A stretch of DNA of 64,000 bases from an uncultured Rhodothermales bacterium (GTDB taxonomy: Bacteria > Bacteroidota > Rhodothermia > Rhodothermales > VXPQ01), in NCBI GenBank assembly GCA_964554105.1, contig CAZKNF010000002.1, positions 1 to 64,000 on the forward strand, in the 5' to 3' direction. How positions within the stretch are numbered: position 1 is the stretch's first letter; every line of letters begins with the position of its first letter. Position numbers and translations under genes: made by a program. Below the pieces are notes generated by a model, which worked only from the letters and a program-made list of their open reading frames with translations, ran no database searches and was not told the DNA's origin. Positions 18,673-28,455 of this stretch are shown here, in pieces.

Positions 18673-19638
18673 TTATGGAACGTCGTCCTCCGTCAGCTTC
18701 AGCCAATCGCGTGCCCTAAAAAACCACTCCGATCGTGCCTCCGCCGATCCAGGCTCGGGCGTCCAATCGTACGGCCAGCGCACACTTGGAGGCAGGCTCA
18801 TGAGGATGCTCTCCGTCCGGCCTTCCGTCTCAATGCCGAATTTCGTTCCCCGGTCGAAGAGTAGATTGAACTCGACGTACCGGCCTCGGCGAATTTCCTG
18901 AAACCGCCGCTCGTCATCGCCGTGCGACATCCCCATGCGTCGTGCGACTATCGGTAAATAGGCCTCCAGGAAGGCTCCTCCGGCGTCCTGCAAGAACTCG
19001 AAACCGGCCTCACCGTCATCCCGCAGATAATCGAAGAAGATCCCGCCCACACCGCGCGCTTCCCCACGATGCGGGAGAAAAAAATATTGGTCGCATTCCT
19101 GTTTGAACGCCGGATAGTCGGCGATCTCATGGCGTCCGCATGTCTCCATCCAGATCCGATGAAAATGCTGTGCATCCTCTAGAAACGGATAGTACGGCGT
19201 CAGATCGGCACCGCCGCCAAACCACTGATCGGCCGGATCCGCGAGGTCCTCCCCGAGCGCGAAGTAGCGAAAGTTTGCGTGCACGCTCGGCACATAAGGA
19301 TTCCATGGATGGATGACCAGGGAGATCCCGGTTGCGAAAAACGGCCGGCGTTCTATGCCGAGCAGAGACGTCATGCGATCAGGAAGCATCCCGTGGACAG
19401 CCGACGTGTTCACACCGGCCTTTTCGAAAACATTCCCCCCCTCCAGCACGGACGAGACGCCCCCGCCGCCGCCCTCGCGATCCCATCGATCCGCATGAAA
19501 ACGACCCCGCCCGTCGAGGTCTTCGAATGCCGTGCATATGCGCTGTTGGAGCCCTTCCACGGTGACATGCACCCGATGGGCAAGGGATTCGCTGGAATCT
19601 CGATCACCTATCGGCGTACCATGTGGATCATCAGACAT
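18673..19638 (-). CDS. hemF: oxygen-dependent coproporphyrinogen III oxidase
   Basis: ...RRGRYVEFNLLFDRGTKFG... and the overall HemF signature. 321 aa. Confidence 0.9.
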   Translation of the reverse strand: MSDDPHGTPIGDRDSSESLAHRVHVTVEGLQQRICTAFEDLDGRGRFHADRWDREGGGGGVSSVLEGGNVFEKAGVNTSAVHGMLPDRMTSLLGIERRPFFATGISLVIHPWNPYVPSVHANFRYFALGEDLADPADQWFGGGADLTPYYPFLEDAQHFHRIWMETCGRHEIADYPAFKQECDQYFFLPHRGEARGVGGIFFDYLRDDGEAGFEFLQDAGGAFLEAYLPIVARRMGMSHGDDERRFQEIRRGRYVEFNLLFDRGTKFGIETEGRTESILMSLPPSVRWPYDWTPEPGSAEARSEWFFRARDWLKLTEDDVP

Positions 19639-19659
19639 AAATGGACCTTGTTCGCTGGC

Positions 19660-19953
19660 ATGACGATTCTCGAATACAATCCGGGACGGGAGGAAATTCT
19701 CGACTACATCAACGATCGCATCCGCGAGATGCGGTCCGCTGACGTCGAACCTAAGTACATTCTCACCGGCCCCGACGCGTATAATCTCCTGCGCGAGGCG
19801 ATGGGCGATCGGTTCAATCGCACTCCCGGTGCCTTCGAGACGTACGACTACATTCCCATCGTGGTCGATCCGTCACGCACAGACTCGGTGTGCATTCTCC
19901 CCTCCCCGTCAGAGTGTGCCAAGGGCGCGAAAATCTATAATATGGAAGAATAG
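19660..19953 (+). CDS. hypothetical small protein (97 aa)
   Basis: ATG-initiated ORF (MTILEYNPGREEILDYINDRIREMRS...) filling the gap between hemF and the rluA-like gene. It has genome-typical GC3-rich codon usage. The longer ORF-track version (19279..) is antisense to hemF and was rejected. Confidence 0.35.
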   Translation: MTILEYNPGREEILDYINDRIREMRSADVEPKYILTGPDAYNLLREAMGDRFNRTPGAFETYDYIPIVVDPSRTDSVCILPSPSECAKGAKIYNMEE

Positions 19954-19956
19954 GAC

Positions 19957-20640
19957 TCACGTATCGTCCGCGATGACTGCTCGGATGGCCTCTTTGAACG
20001 GCCCCTTCCACGGCGGATGGGCCTCAACGGTAAGGCGCTCTCCCGTCGTCGGGTGCTCGATGCCCAGCCGATAGCAGTGCAGCGCCAGATTCTTGCCGTC
20101 AAGCGGCTGCGTCGCTCCATACCGAAAGTCGCCCAGAATGGGATGGCCCAATCTTGCGAGCTGGACGCGAATCTGATGCTTTCTTCCTGTCTTAAGCTGC
20201 ACGACGATCAGCGTCCCGTCTTCTCCTGCCGCAACGGCACGCCACTGCATCTCGGCCGGCTTGCCCACCGACGCGTCGTAGTCCGCGACACGGACACCCG
20301 CACCGCTCGCGACAATGCGGTCGCGGGCAATCCCACCACCTTCGAGATACCCCTGCACGAGTGCCATATAGTGCTTGTCGACCGTTCGCATGCGAAACTG
20401 CTCCGAAAGGCGCGCCGCCGCCTTCGACGTCCGCGCAAAGACCATCACGCCGGATGCCGGTCGGTCGAGCCGATGCACCAGCCCCAGATACGCAGCACCG
20501 GGCTTTTCGAACCGCTCCTTGATGTAGGCCTTCCCTATCGTGAGCAGATCGATGTCGCCTGTGCGATCTGCCTGCACCAGCACGCCCGGCGGTTTATTCA
20601 CGAAGAAAAGGTGATTGTCCAGGTAAAGAACGTCTATCAC
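19957..20640 (-). CDS. RluA-family pseudouridine synthase
   Basis: HRLDRPASGVMVFARTSKA is the catalytic Asp motif of the RluA family. 227 aa. The start overlaps the hemE stop (ATGA). Confidence 0.8.
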   Translation of the reverse strand: MIDVLYLDNHLFFVNKPPGVLVQADRTGDIDLLTIGKAYIKERFEKPGAAYLGLVHRLDRPASGVMVFARTSKAAARLSEQFRMRTVDKHYMALVQGYLEGGGIARDRIVASGAGVRVADYDASVGKPAEMQWRAVAAGEDGTLIVVQLKTGRKHQIRVQLARLGHPILGDFRYGATQPLDGKNLALHCYRLGIEHPTTGERLTVEAHPPWKGPFKEAIRAVIADDT

Positions 20641-21704
20641 ACCGTCAGCCGCAGCTCTTCCGAAAGGTCGTGGACCGCGTCGATGAACACCCGCGCATGC
20701 TCCGGGTCGTGATCTGCATGCATTCCATGGCCGAGATTCGCAATGTGTCCGGTAGCACCGAACTCAGACAACATCCGCCGAACCTCGCGGCGAATGACGT
20801 CAGGTTCGGCGTAGAGAACCGACGGGTCGAGATTCCCCTGCAGCGCCGCTCGCCCGTTCACAATCTTCCGCGCTCTGGATGGGCTCATCGTCCAATCCAA
20901 TCCGATGACGTCGTATGAGGAGTTCGCCAGCCAATCGAGTGCGTAGTGCGCGCCGCGAGCAAAAATTATGCGAGGCGCATTCGGTCTCTTGGCCGCCAGC
21001 GCTTTGCCGATGCGACGCAGACTCGGAATCATGAAGGCCTCGTATTCATCCGGACCGAGAAGTCCGGCCCACGAGTCGAAAATCTGAACAGCCTGTGCTC
21101 CGGCGTCGATCTGCCCGACGAGATAATCGATCAAGATGTCCGCTAGCCTCTCGAGCAGATCTCGCGTGGCCGCAGGATACCGGTAAATCCACGATTTCGC
21201 ACGTGCGAAGGTCTTGCTGCCTTCTCCTTGGATCATGTACGCCATCAACGTCCATGGGGCGCCGCAGAAGCCGATCAACGGCACGCGCCCGCGAAGCCTC
21301 TGGCGCGTGAGCGTAAGCGCATCGAATACATAGCCAAGATCGCGGTGAACGTTGGGATCGATTATCCGTGCGAGATCTTCCGGGCTCTCGAGCGGATCGT
21401 CAAATTTTGGCCCGTCTCCTTTAACGATCCGCACGGACATTCCCATCGCCTGCGGCACAACGAGGATGTCCGAAAAAATGATCGCCGCATCGAGCTGGAA
21501 GCGCTCAATCGGCTGCATGGTCACCTCTGCGGCCAGTTCCGGCGTCCGACATACGTCGAAAAATGCCGCTCCTGCTCTCAAGGCCCGGTACTCCGGCAGA
21601 TAGCGGCCCGCCTGCCGCATGATCCACACGGGTGTCCGCTCGGTCGCTTCGCCGCGTGCAGCGCGAAGAAACAAGTCATTCTGCAGAGGTTGAAAGTCGG
21701 GCAT
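20637..21704 (-). CDS. hemE: uroporphyrinogen decarboxylase
   Basis: N-terminus ...TPVWIMRQAGRYLPEY... and the URO-D fold. 355 aa. Confidence 0.9.
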   Translation of the reverse strand: MPDFQPLQNDLFLRAARGEATERTPVWIMRQAGRYLPEYRALRAGAAFFDVCRTPELAAEVTMQPIERFQLDAAIIFSDILVVPQAMGMSVRIVKGDGPKFDDPLESPEDLARIIDPNVHRDLGYVFDALTLTRQRLRGRVPLIGFCGAPWTLMAYMIQGEGSKTFARAKSWIYRYPAATRDLLERLADILIDYLVGQIDAGAQAVQIFDSWAGLLGPDEYEAFMIPSLRRIGKALAAKRPNAPRIIFARGAHYALDWLANSSYDVIGLDWTMSPSRARKIVNGRAALQGNLDPSVLYAEPDVIRREVRRMLSEFGATGHIANLGHGMHADHDPEHARVFIDAVHDLSEELRLTV

Positions 21705-21806
21705 ATCTGAACCGATGAGCTCCTCTCACACTTGGATCACAATATCGACGCTGCGAATTGCGAATTGGACGTCGATCCTGTGGAAATCAGGTGAAGCGAT
21801 ACGAAC

Positions 21807-22715
21807 TCACGTCGATTGGACGCTCTCGATTTCCGCATCCTCCATCGAATCTCCGCATGCCGGGCACGTCCCAATGCGCGACGGCACCCGAGCTCGGCCG
21901 CACCGACAGGTCACGAAAATCTCAGTATCCTCCAACTCCGCACCACATTCAAGACATATCAATGCATCGGGATCGTTGACATATCGGCACTCCACGCACT
22001 CACCCGGCTGAAGAAACGGCGATTCTGCAACGAGCTTTCTCAGGCGGACATGCGCCAGTATCGCCAGGGCCGCGAGAGCAAGAAGGCTGATCGCCGCCGT
22101 GACCGTCTCTTGCAGAAAGAGCAGAAAATTCGCGGCTGCGTGAAACAGTCCGGCCGCAATGACGGACGGCGCCATCACAATGGCCGTCGAGCGGTCCGGA
22201 TGGACAAACCGCGCCCACGCAAGTCCGTATCCCCACAGCGCTGCGTACGCCATATGGGCGGGCACCGGCCAGAGAAATCGCGCAAAAAGCACGTCGTTGC
22301 CAAAACGCATTGCATAGAAAATGTTCTCGAAGGATGCAAAGCCTAGGGCAACGGTCATCGCGTACACCATCGCGTCCACCGGCTCGTTCAGGTCGCCGAG
22401 CCGCCGGGTCACCGCGACCGCCCCAACCGCCTTGGAGACTTCCTCCACGAGACCAACGGTAATACAAAACATCAGCAGCCGAATGATCGGTACGTCGGTT
22501 GCATCCTCAAAGATGTTCAACCCGAGGCCCGTCCATAGCCGGGCGACCTCATTCAACAGCGCCGCCGCGATAATACTGACGAGTCCACCGACCAGGCCGA
22601 CCTGTACGAGATGACGTATCGACTCCGGCTCGATACGGTCGTACCGGCGAAGTATCCACAGCCAGATGACGGTGCCGAGAACGACGCCGCCTACCATGTA
22701 AATGATCTCCAGCAT
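21807..22715 (-). CDS. PrsW-family intramembrane metalloprotease with C-terminal zinc-ribbon
   Basis: Multi-TM protein with PrsW motifs EEVSKAV / FASFENIFY / HAAANF. The C-terminus has four CxxC pairs (CVECR...CLECG...CRCG...CPACG). Start set at the internal ATG (MLEIIYMVGG). The ORF-track start at 22805 adds 30 non-membrane residues. Confidence 0.65.
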   Translation of the reverse strand: MLEIIYMVGGVVLGTVIWLWILRRYDRIEPESIRHLVQVGLVGGLVSIIAAALLNEVARLWTGLGLNIFEDATDVPIIRLLMFCITVGLVEEVSKAVGAVAVTRRLGDLNEPVDAMVYAMTVALGFASFENIFYAMRFGNDVLFARFLWPVPAHMAYAALWGYGLAWARFVHPDRSTAIVMAPSVIAAGLFHAAANFLLFLQETVTAAISLLALAALAILAHVRLRKLVAESPFLQPGECVECRYVNDPDALICLECGAELEDTEIFVTCRCGRARVPSRIGTCPACGDSMEDAEIESVQST

Positions 22716-22876
22716 TTCTCTAGGCGAGCTCGCTTCGGAGGGTGCATGCGAACATTTGCGTGGACCGGTGGTTCGCGCCGCAGTATGCACGCTGCGCCCT
22801 GGCACGCCGTAGTAGTACAGGCGAGCACTTGTTTCGGCGCGAATCCAACCGGGGTGTTACACCACAATTACAGCAC

Positions 22877-23587
22877 ATGGCAGGTTCACACGAACCACAA
22901 ACCGGGCTTTCGTCCATGGAAGGGACGAACGACGGATATCCGGGCAGAGACGATGGCGCCGTGCCGGGCAGCGCGCGCCACGAACTCCCCTACTCCGACG
23001 AGCTCAAGCGGAAGGCGCTTCATCTCCTTGCGCTCATCATTCCGCTTTTCATGTGGTTCGCCGGAAGAACAGTCTCCATGGTCGTACTCGGCGTCGTGGC
23101 ACTCATCGCGGTGGGTGCCGACGTCCTGCGCGTTCGCTCAGAGCGATTTGCCGGCACTATATACCGGTTTTTTGCCGTCATGATGCGGCCGGAAGAATGT
23201 CCGGCTGTCGGAGGCCCGGTGGTTCTTAACGGAGCCACATGGGTCATCCTCTCGGCGACCCTGCTCGTCATCATTTTTCCGCTCGAGATCGCCATAATAT
23301 CCTTTACGACCTTTATGCTCGCAGATGCCGCAGCAGCCATCGTGGGCAGGCGGTTTGGCCGGCACCAATGGCGTCATACGACGCGAACTGTAGAGGGGAC
23401 GGCAGCTTTCCTCGCCGTGGGATTTGCGGTCATGCTCCTCTTCGGCTGGACCTTTGGATGGATCGGCGTGCTCGCGGTTGTCGCGGGCGCAGCAGCCGAA
23501 ATCCCGTACCGGCCTCTCAACGACAACATCCGCGTCCCTCTCGTAATCGGGACCGTACTCTACGCCGTGCACCTATTCCCCAGCTAA
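22877..23587 (+). CDS. dolichol kinase/phytol kinase/CdsA-like (CTP-dependent lipid kinase superfamily) membrane protein
   Basis: Polytopic membrane protein with a C-terminal ...FMLADAAAAIVGRRFGRHQW...EGTAAF... motif typical of the CTP-transferase/dolichol-kinase family. The ORF-track start is a GTG at 22742 overlapping the divergent prsW. The first ATG at 22877 was chosen. Confidence 0.45.
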   Translation: MAGSHEPQTGLSSMEGTNDGYPGRDDGAVPGSARHELPYSDELKRKALHLLALIIPLFMWFAGRTVSMVVLGVVALIAVGADVLRVRSERFAGTIYRFFAVMMRPEECPAVGGPVVLNGATWVILSATLLVIIFPLEIAIISFTTFMLADAAAAIVGRRFGRHQWRHTTRTVEGTAAFLAVGFAVMLLFGWTFGWIGVLAVVAGAAAEIPYRPLNDNIRVPLVIGTVLYAVHLFPS

Positions 23588-23597
23588 CGACCGCTAC

Positions 23598-24446
23598 GTG
23601 TTCGAATCTACCCTGAAGCGCCTGACTGAGCTGGTTCCGTTTCCGCAGCCGCCCTTAATTCGCGTGCAGCATCCCGTCGTATTGATGCACGGCTTCGGCT
23701 ATTTTGCATCGATGCGCCGCGGGGGCCACCTCCATCATGAGGCGATGAATCTTCGAGCACACGGTGTGACTGCCTATGCACCCAACGTCGCGGCCTACGA
23801 CACGGTAAGGGCACGATCGAAACTGTGGCGGTCGCGTCTGGACTTCGTCCTTGAGGAGACAGGCGCGGAACGTCTAAACCTCATTGCTCACTCGATGGGC
23901 GGTCTCGACGCGCGCTATCTTATTAGCGTTCTCGGCATGCATGACGTCATCGCATCCCTGGTCACCGTATCAACGCCGCACAGAGGCACCGGTGTCGCGG
24001 AGATCGTCCTCAAGCAACCGCAGCAGCTGCGCGAGTGGACGGCCGACTTCTTAAATCGGATGGGCAAGGCGGCACTGACAGATGCCACCGCGGATGTTCT
24101 CGGCACCGTTTCGGAGCTCACGCCGGAGTTTGTCTGCACTGAGTTCAATCCACAAACGGAGAACCACCCATCTGTCCGGTACTACTCCTATGCCGGGAGG
24201 GCGGGCAAAGGGACCGATATTCCAATCACACCGATACTGCGGATCCAGAACAGCATGCTATATGAGCGCGAAGGCGAGAATGATGGTTTCGTGTCGCTCG
24301 AGAGTGCTAAATGGGGTGAATTCCTCGGCACGATAGACGCCGACCACTACCGGCAGATCGGACTGAACTTCGCAGGCAGTGGCTCGCTGGATTCGAATAC
24401 GTTCTACTGCGAGATCGTGAGGCGTCTCGCGGCGGACGGTCTGTAG
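23598..24446 (+). CDS. alpha/beta-hydrolase, lipase/esterase-like
   Basis: VVLMHGFG... and the nucleophile elbow AHSMGG. 282 aa. GTG start. Confidence 0.6.
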   Translation: MFESTLKRLTELVPFPQPPLIRVQHPVVLMHGFGYFASMRRGGHLHHEAMNLRAHGVTAYAPNVAAYDTVRARSKLWRSRLDFVLEETGAERLNLIAHSMGGLDARYLISVLGMHDVIASLVTVSTPHRGTGVAEIVLKQPQQLREWTADFLNRMGKAALTDATADVLGTVSELTPEFVCTEFNPQTENHPSVRYYSYAGRAGKGTDIPITPILRIQNSMLYEREGENDGFVSLESAKWGEFLGTIDADHYRQIGLNFAGSGSLDSNTFYCEIVRRLAADGL

Positions 24447-24503
24447 TTCACTACATCGCCTGCTCGAATTGCACCACGAGCCGACCGCTGCGCGTCATTT
24501 CAC

Positions 24504-25949
24504 TCACCTCCATCGTCTGAGCGCGTCTCGGATGGAAGAGATCAGTGCTCCCTCCCGCGTCGCCGTCTCGAGCGTCTGAATGAAGTGGTCACCCCATCCG
24601 GCACAATCGATCTCATCCCAAAGCGTGTTGTGCCAGAGGCCTACACATGCACCTCGGAAATGACGGCATGCAGCGATCAGGTCATTTGTACGAGCAGCAG
24701 CCTCTTCCGCGTCCAGCCCCTGGCGGTTGAAGAGCGCCGACTCCATAATCGTGAGCGGCATCTCCCATACGTCGAGCGCAGTGTCGTCCACCAGATCATA
24801 AAGCAGATGCGGTAGGCAGGTCCCCCGCCGAAAGCCCACGCGATCGGAGAAACCAAGCGTGCTGTCGATTTTGATTCCCAAATCGGAATGCATGCGCGGC
24901 GTCCGTGCGGGATCGTATCTTAGGTAGTGATGTCGTACGGACACTAAATCGGTCGAAGTCGCTGCCGCGAGTAGATCCCGTTCATGTCGAAGCCGGTCCG
25001 GCTCATCGGCCGCCCGGTAACTCGGATGAAGCGCGAGCTCGAAACCACGCTCGCAAAGATCCGCAATCCGTTCGCTAATGAAGCGCTCGGAAAGGGCATA
25101 GGGTACATCATGCGGATCGCCGGCGCCCGCCTTCATGAAATATGTTGCCGAGCCGCCGCGTTGGGCTACTTCGTCGATCATGCGGACGAACGCGCTCCGG
25201 TAGGGGTCGCCGGCGGCAAACTGCTTCCCCACGGCGGCGATCCGATTCCAGCGCCCGCTCCGGGAGGTATTGCGGCGATTAAAGATCAGATTCTCGACCA
25301 ATTCTCGGTATACGATTCCCGGGCGCCACTTCCGCATGTAATCAACGTCGTGCGTCGGCGCGAGCAGCCATTCGCATCCATCCCAGGATCGCTGCCTGCA
25401 TTCAACGCCGGCCGCAACCAGCTGCTTCGCTAGAAACGTTCGATATGCGTCCACGATCGGGCGATCCGCCTCGTCGATCAGGCCCGGCAGTGTCGCCTCA
25501 TACGGCACGCGCCCGTGATCGTCTCGAATGTCCGAAACCGCCTCGTGCCATCCGCTCAAAAATAGGAATGTGGATGCCACCACATCCGGCCGACCCGATT
25601 CCGTCACGAACAGCGCCGGCCATTGCGTTCCTTCGAATTCGAACGATTTCACTGCGGAGGCGTCGTACGGGGTTCGTTCGGTGAAGTACCGTATGGCTGC
25701 CGGCGCACAAGGAAGGCGCACAACTTTTGAATTCACCGCCGCAAGATCTGCCTCGCCTCCTGCTGGTCCGGGAGTGCTCCCTGATCCGTCATCCCCATAA
25801 ACGATGCGCACCTCGGCCGACCCCGACCACAGGGGCTCGAGCCCGAGCGGTATCAGCAGCGCACCGATAGCGTAGCGAGCCTTCTCCGCAAGTGTTTCCG
25901 GGACATTTACACGACAAGCGACTTTCCTACCGGCGGCTACGAGCGGCAA
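24504..25949 (-). CDS. hypothetical protein with polysaccharide-deacetylase-like (CE4/NodB-like) C-terminal region
   Basis: 481 aa. Asp/His-rich motifs (THDVDY, LALHPSY, RHHYLRYD) resemble NodB-type metal-dependent deacetylase motifs. The N-terminal ~180 aa is unassigned. TTG start in the ORF track. Confidence 0.35.
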   Translation of the reverse strand: MPLVAAGRKVACRVNVPETLAEKARYAIGALLIPLGLEPLWSGSAEVRIVYGDDGSGSTPGPAGGEADLAAVNSKVVRLPCAPAAIRYFTERTPYDASAVKSFEFEGTQWPALFVTESGRPDVVASTFLFLSGWHEAVSDIRDDHGRVPYEATLPGLIDEADRPIVDAYRTFLAKQLVAAGVECRQRSWDGCEWLLAPTHDVDYMRKWRPGIVYRELVENLIFNRRNTSRSGRWNRIAAVGKQFAAGDPYRSAFVRMIDEVAQRGGSATYFMKAGAGDPHDVPYALSERFISERIADLCERGFELALHPSYRAADEPDRLRHERDLLAAATSTDLVSVRHHYLRYDPARTPRMHSDLGIKIDSTLGFSDRVGFRRGTCLPHLLYDLVDDTALDVWEMPLTIMESALFNRQGLDAEEAAARTNDLIAACRHFRGACVGLWHNTLWDEIDCAGWGDHFIQTLETATREGALISSIRDALRRWR

Positions 25950-26012
25950 ATCGAATCGACATCAAATTTAGATGGACGTGCGCGGCGCAAGAAAAGCCTT
26001 ATTTTAGTCATA

Positions 26013-27317
26013 GTGACCAGCCGATTCAAAATATTTTCTGATCCTGTTCACGGCTTCATCTCGGTGCCGAAGAACTTGATCATGCACCTTATCCAGACAC
26101 CGGAGGTGCAGCGGCTCCGCCGAATCCGGCAGCTCGGCATCGGCCATCTGGTCTTTCCCGGCGCCGAACATACGCGCTTCGGCCACGCGCTCGGTGCGAT
26201 GGCGCTAATGCAGGACGCACTGTCGAATCTGGCCGAAAAAGGCACGCCGATCTCGAGTGAGGAAGCGACCGCTGCTCTTGCGGCGGCGCTTCTCCACGAC
26301 GTCGGCCACGGTCCATTCTCGCACACGCTCGAGCACGACTTTATTTCTGACTTCAAACACGAGGACATGAGCCGGGTGCTCCTCGTTGAGCTGAATGAGC
26401 GATTCGACGGCGCACTCGAACTCGCTCTCCAGATGTTCGACGCGACGTACGACCGGCCGTTCTTTCACCAGCTCGTCTCCAGTCAACTTGACATGGATCG
26501 GCTCGATTATCTGCGCAGGGATTCATTTTACACGGGCGTTGTGGAGGGAGAAGTCGGCGTTCAGCGCATCATCAAAACCATGCGTGTGCATCCGACCGGC
26601 GGCGGACCCGACTCGAATATCGTCATCGAATCCAAGGGGATCTACGCCGTCGAGAATTACATCATTTCGCGGCGTCTGATGTACTGGCAGGTCTATCTGC
26701 ATAAGACCGTCCTTGCCGGAGACCACCTCCTCCGGGCCGTGTTTCGCCGCCTTCGAGCGCTGCTACGAACGGGCGCCTCCGACGTGCCCGGCCTGTGCTC
26801 GCCGGCCCTCCTGTATTTCCTCACGAATAATATCAGCGTCGGCGACATCGAGCGGCCCGATGTGGTGGAGGCGTTTTGCCGGCTGGACGACACGGACGTA
26901 ATCTACAGCTTGAAGCAGTGCATGAAGAGTAAAGATGCCGTGCTCTCCGATCTCAGCCGCCGCTTCGTACAGCGTGATTTCTTCCGCGTCACCTTTCTCG
27001 AGGATGAAACGGATGCGAACCGTCGCACCGCCTGGCAGAATCGCATTGCCGAATGGCTTCTGGATCAGGGGATCAGCCGGCAGGATCGTGCGCTGGAGGA
27101 CGCTGACTACTACCTCGCCTCGGACGACACCAGACACGCGGCATACGAGATGCTTGGGGATACCATCCTTGTCGTCGACAGGGGCGGACGCGTCCATGAA
27201 CTTTCGGAGACAGTCGATGCTGCAGCCGTTTCGGCGCTGAGCCGATCCGTCGTGAAGCCGTACGTGTGTTATCCGAAAGAAATCGATATGGAACTCGCAA
27301 CCGCGGAGCGCTCGTAG
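26013..27317 (+). CDS. HD-domain phosphohydrolase, dGTP triphosphohydrolase-like
   Basis: ...RLRRIRQLG...HTRFGHALGAMAL...LLHDVGHGPFSH is the HD motif arrangement of the Dgt-like family. 434 aa. GTG start. Confidence 0.75.
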   Translation: MTSRFKIFSDPVHGFISVPKNLIMHLIQTPEVQRLRRIRQLGIGHLVFPGAEHTRFGHALGAMALMQDALSNLAEKGTPISSEEATAALAAALLHDVGHGPFSHTLEHDFISDFKHEDMSRVLLVELNERFDGALELALQMFDATYDRPFFHQLVSSQLDMDRLDYLRRDSFYTGVVEGEVGVQRIIKTMRVHPTGGGPDSNIVIESKGIYAVENYIISRRLMYWQVYLHKTVLAGDHLLRAVFRRLRALLRTGASDVPGLCSPALLYFLTNNISVGDIERPDVVEAFCRLDDTDVIYSLKQCMKSKDAVLSDLSRRFVQRDFFRVTFLEDETDANRRTAWQNRIAEWLLDQGISRQDRALEDADYYLASDDTRHAAYEMLGDTILVVDRGGRVHELSETVDAAAVSALSRSVVKPYVCYPKEIDMELATAERS

Positions 27318-27328
27318 CGACCACCTGC

Positions 27329-28372
27329 ATGCCTGTATCTTTCGCCTGGAATGAGACGCACGCCGGCCACCGCGCTACGCGGCACATGGGGCGACACGTA
27401 GAACGACCGGAGCGTCTCGACGGCGTCCTCCGACACCTCAATACCGCTCCCATTCGCCGGCACCTCGAATTCGTCTCCGGCGAGCGCGCGCGTCTCGAAG
27501 AACTGTATCTGGCCCACGATGAGGAGCACGTGCAGCGCGTGGCCAGTGCGATAGGAGCGGGATTCAATCGTCTTGATCCCGATACCTTCATCACCGGCAA
27601 GAGCATGAACATCGCTCTCGATGCAGTCGGTGCGCTGATGGCGGTCACCAGGCACGTACTGGACGGACGGTCAACGAGCGGCTTCGCCGCGATCCGACCA
27701 CCCGGTCATCATGCGACACAGAATCAATCGATGGGATTCTGCATTTTCTCGAATGTCGCCGTCGCTGCGCGATGGGCGCAGAGGGAGGCCGGGCTCGACC
27801 GCGTGTTGATCGTAGATTTCGACGTGCATCACGGAAACGGTACGCAGCACATCTTCTATGACGATCCGGGTGTCATGTACATGAGCGTCCACCAGTCACC
27901 GTTCTATCCAGGCACGGGTGCGGCAGACGAACGGGGCGCCGGCGATGGAGCCCATACCACGGTGAACGTCCCGCTGCCGAGTGGTGCCGGCGATGAGACC
28001 TACAACATTGTCTTCCGTGATATTCTGCGGCCATTTGCACGGGACTTCGACCCGGAACTCATCTTTCTGTCTGCGGGATATGACGCGCATTGGAAGGATC
28101 CCCTCGGCGGAATGCGTGTCACCACGAATGGATTTGCGGAGATCGTGCGCGAAGTGTCCGATTGGGCGGGTTCGTGCTGCGACGGCCGTATCGTTGCCGC
28201 GCTGGAGGGCGGCTATCACATCGATGCACTGACGTATTCGGTGGCCGCGACGCTTGAAGTACTCAACGATCCGGACGCGAAGGTGGAAGATCCCTGCGGC
28301 GACGCTCCGGGCGAGCCGGCAGTACTGGAAGAGCATCTTCGAAAGGTAGAGCAACTGCTGCGTCAGGATTGA
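27329..28372 (+). CDS. histone deacetylase-family (acetoin utilization AcuC / acetylpolyamine amidohydrolase-like) protein
   Basis: DFDVHHGNGTQHIFYDDP...SVHQSPFYPGTG...GGYH are HDAC class motifs. The ORF-track start (27266) overlaps the upstream gene, so the ATG at 27329 was chosen. Confidence 0.8.
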   Translation: MPVSFAWNETHAGHRATRHMGRHVERPERLDGVLRHLNTAPIRRHLEFVSGERARLEELYLAHDEEHVQRVASAIGAGFNRLDPDTFITGKSMNIALDAVGALMAVTRHVLDGRSTSGFAAIRPPGHHATQNQSMGFCIFSNVAVAARWAQREAGLDRVLIVDFDVHHGNGTQHIFYDDPGVMYMSVHQSPFYPGTGAADERGAGDGAHTTVNVPLPSGAGDETYNIVFRDILRPFARDFDPELIFLSAGYDAHWKDPLGGMRVTTNGFAEIVREVSDWAGSCCDGRIVAALEGGYHIDALTYSVAATLEVLNDPDAKVEDPCGDAPGEPAVLEEHLRKVEQLLRQD

Positions 28373-28455
28373 ATCCAGCTGCTCGACGGCAGAGAAATGG
28401 CGACCACGATCACGCTTCCCGGGCTCAGCACGGACGACTGTTCGAGACCCGGCGA

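Noticed and set aside
19279-19659. N-terminal 127 codons of ORF 19279..19953 (+)
   Set aside because: This part is antisense to hemF. Only the portion from the ATG at 19660 lies in intergenic space and has plausible codon usage.
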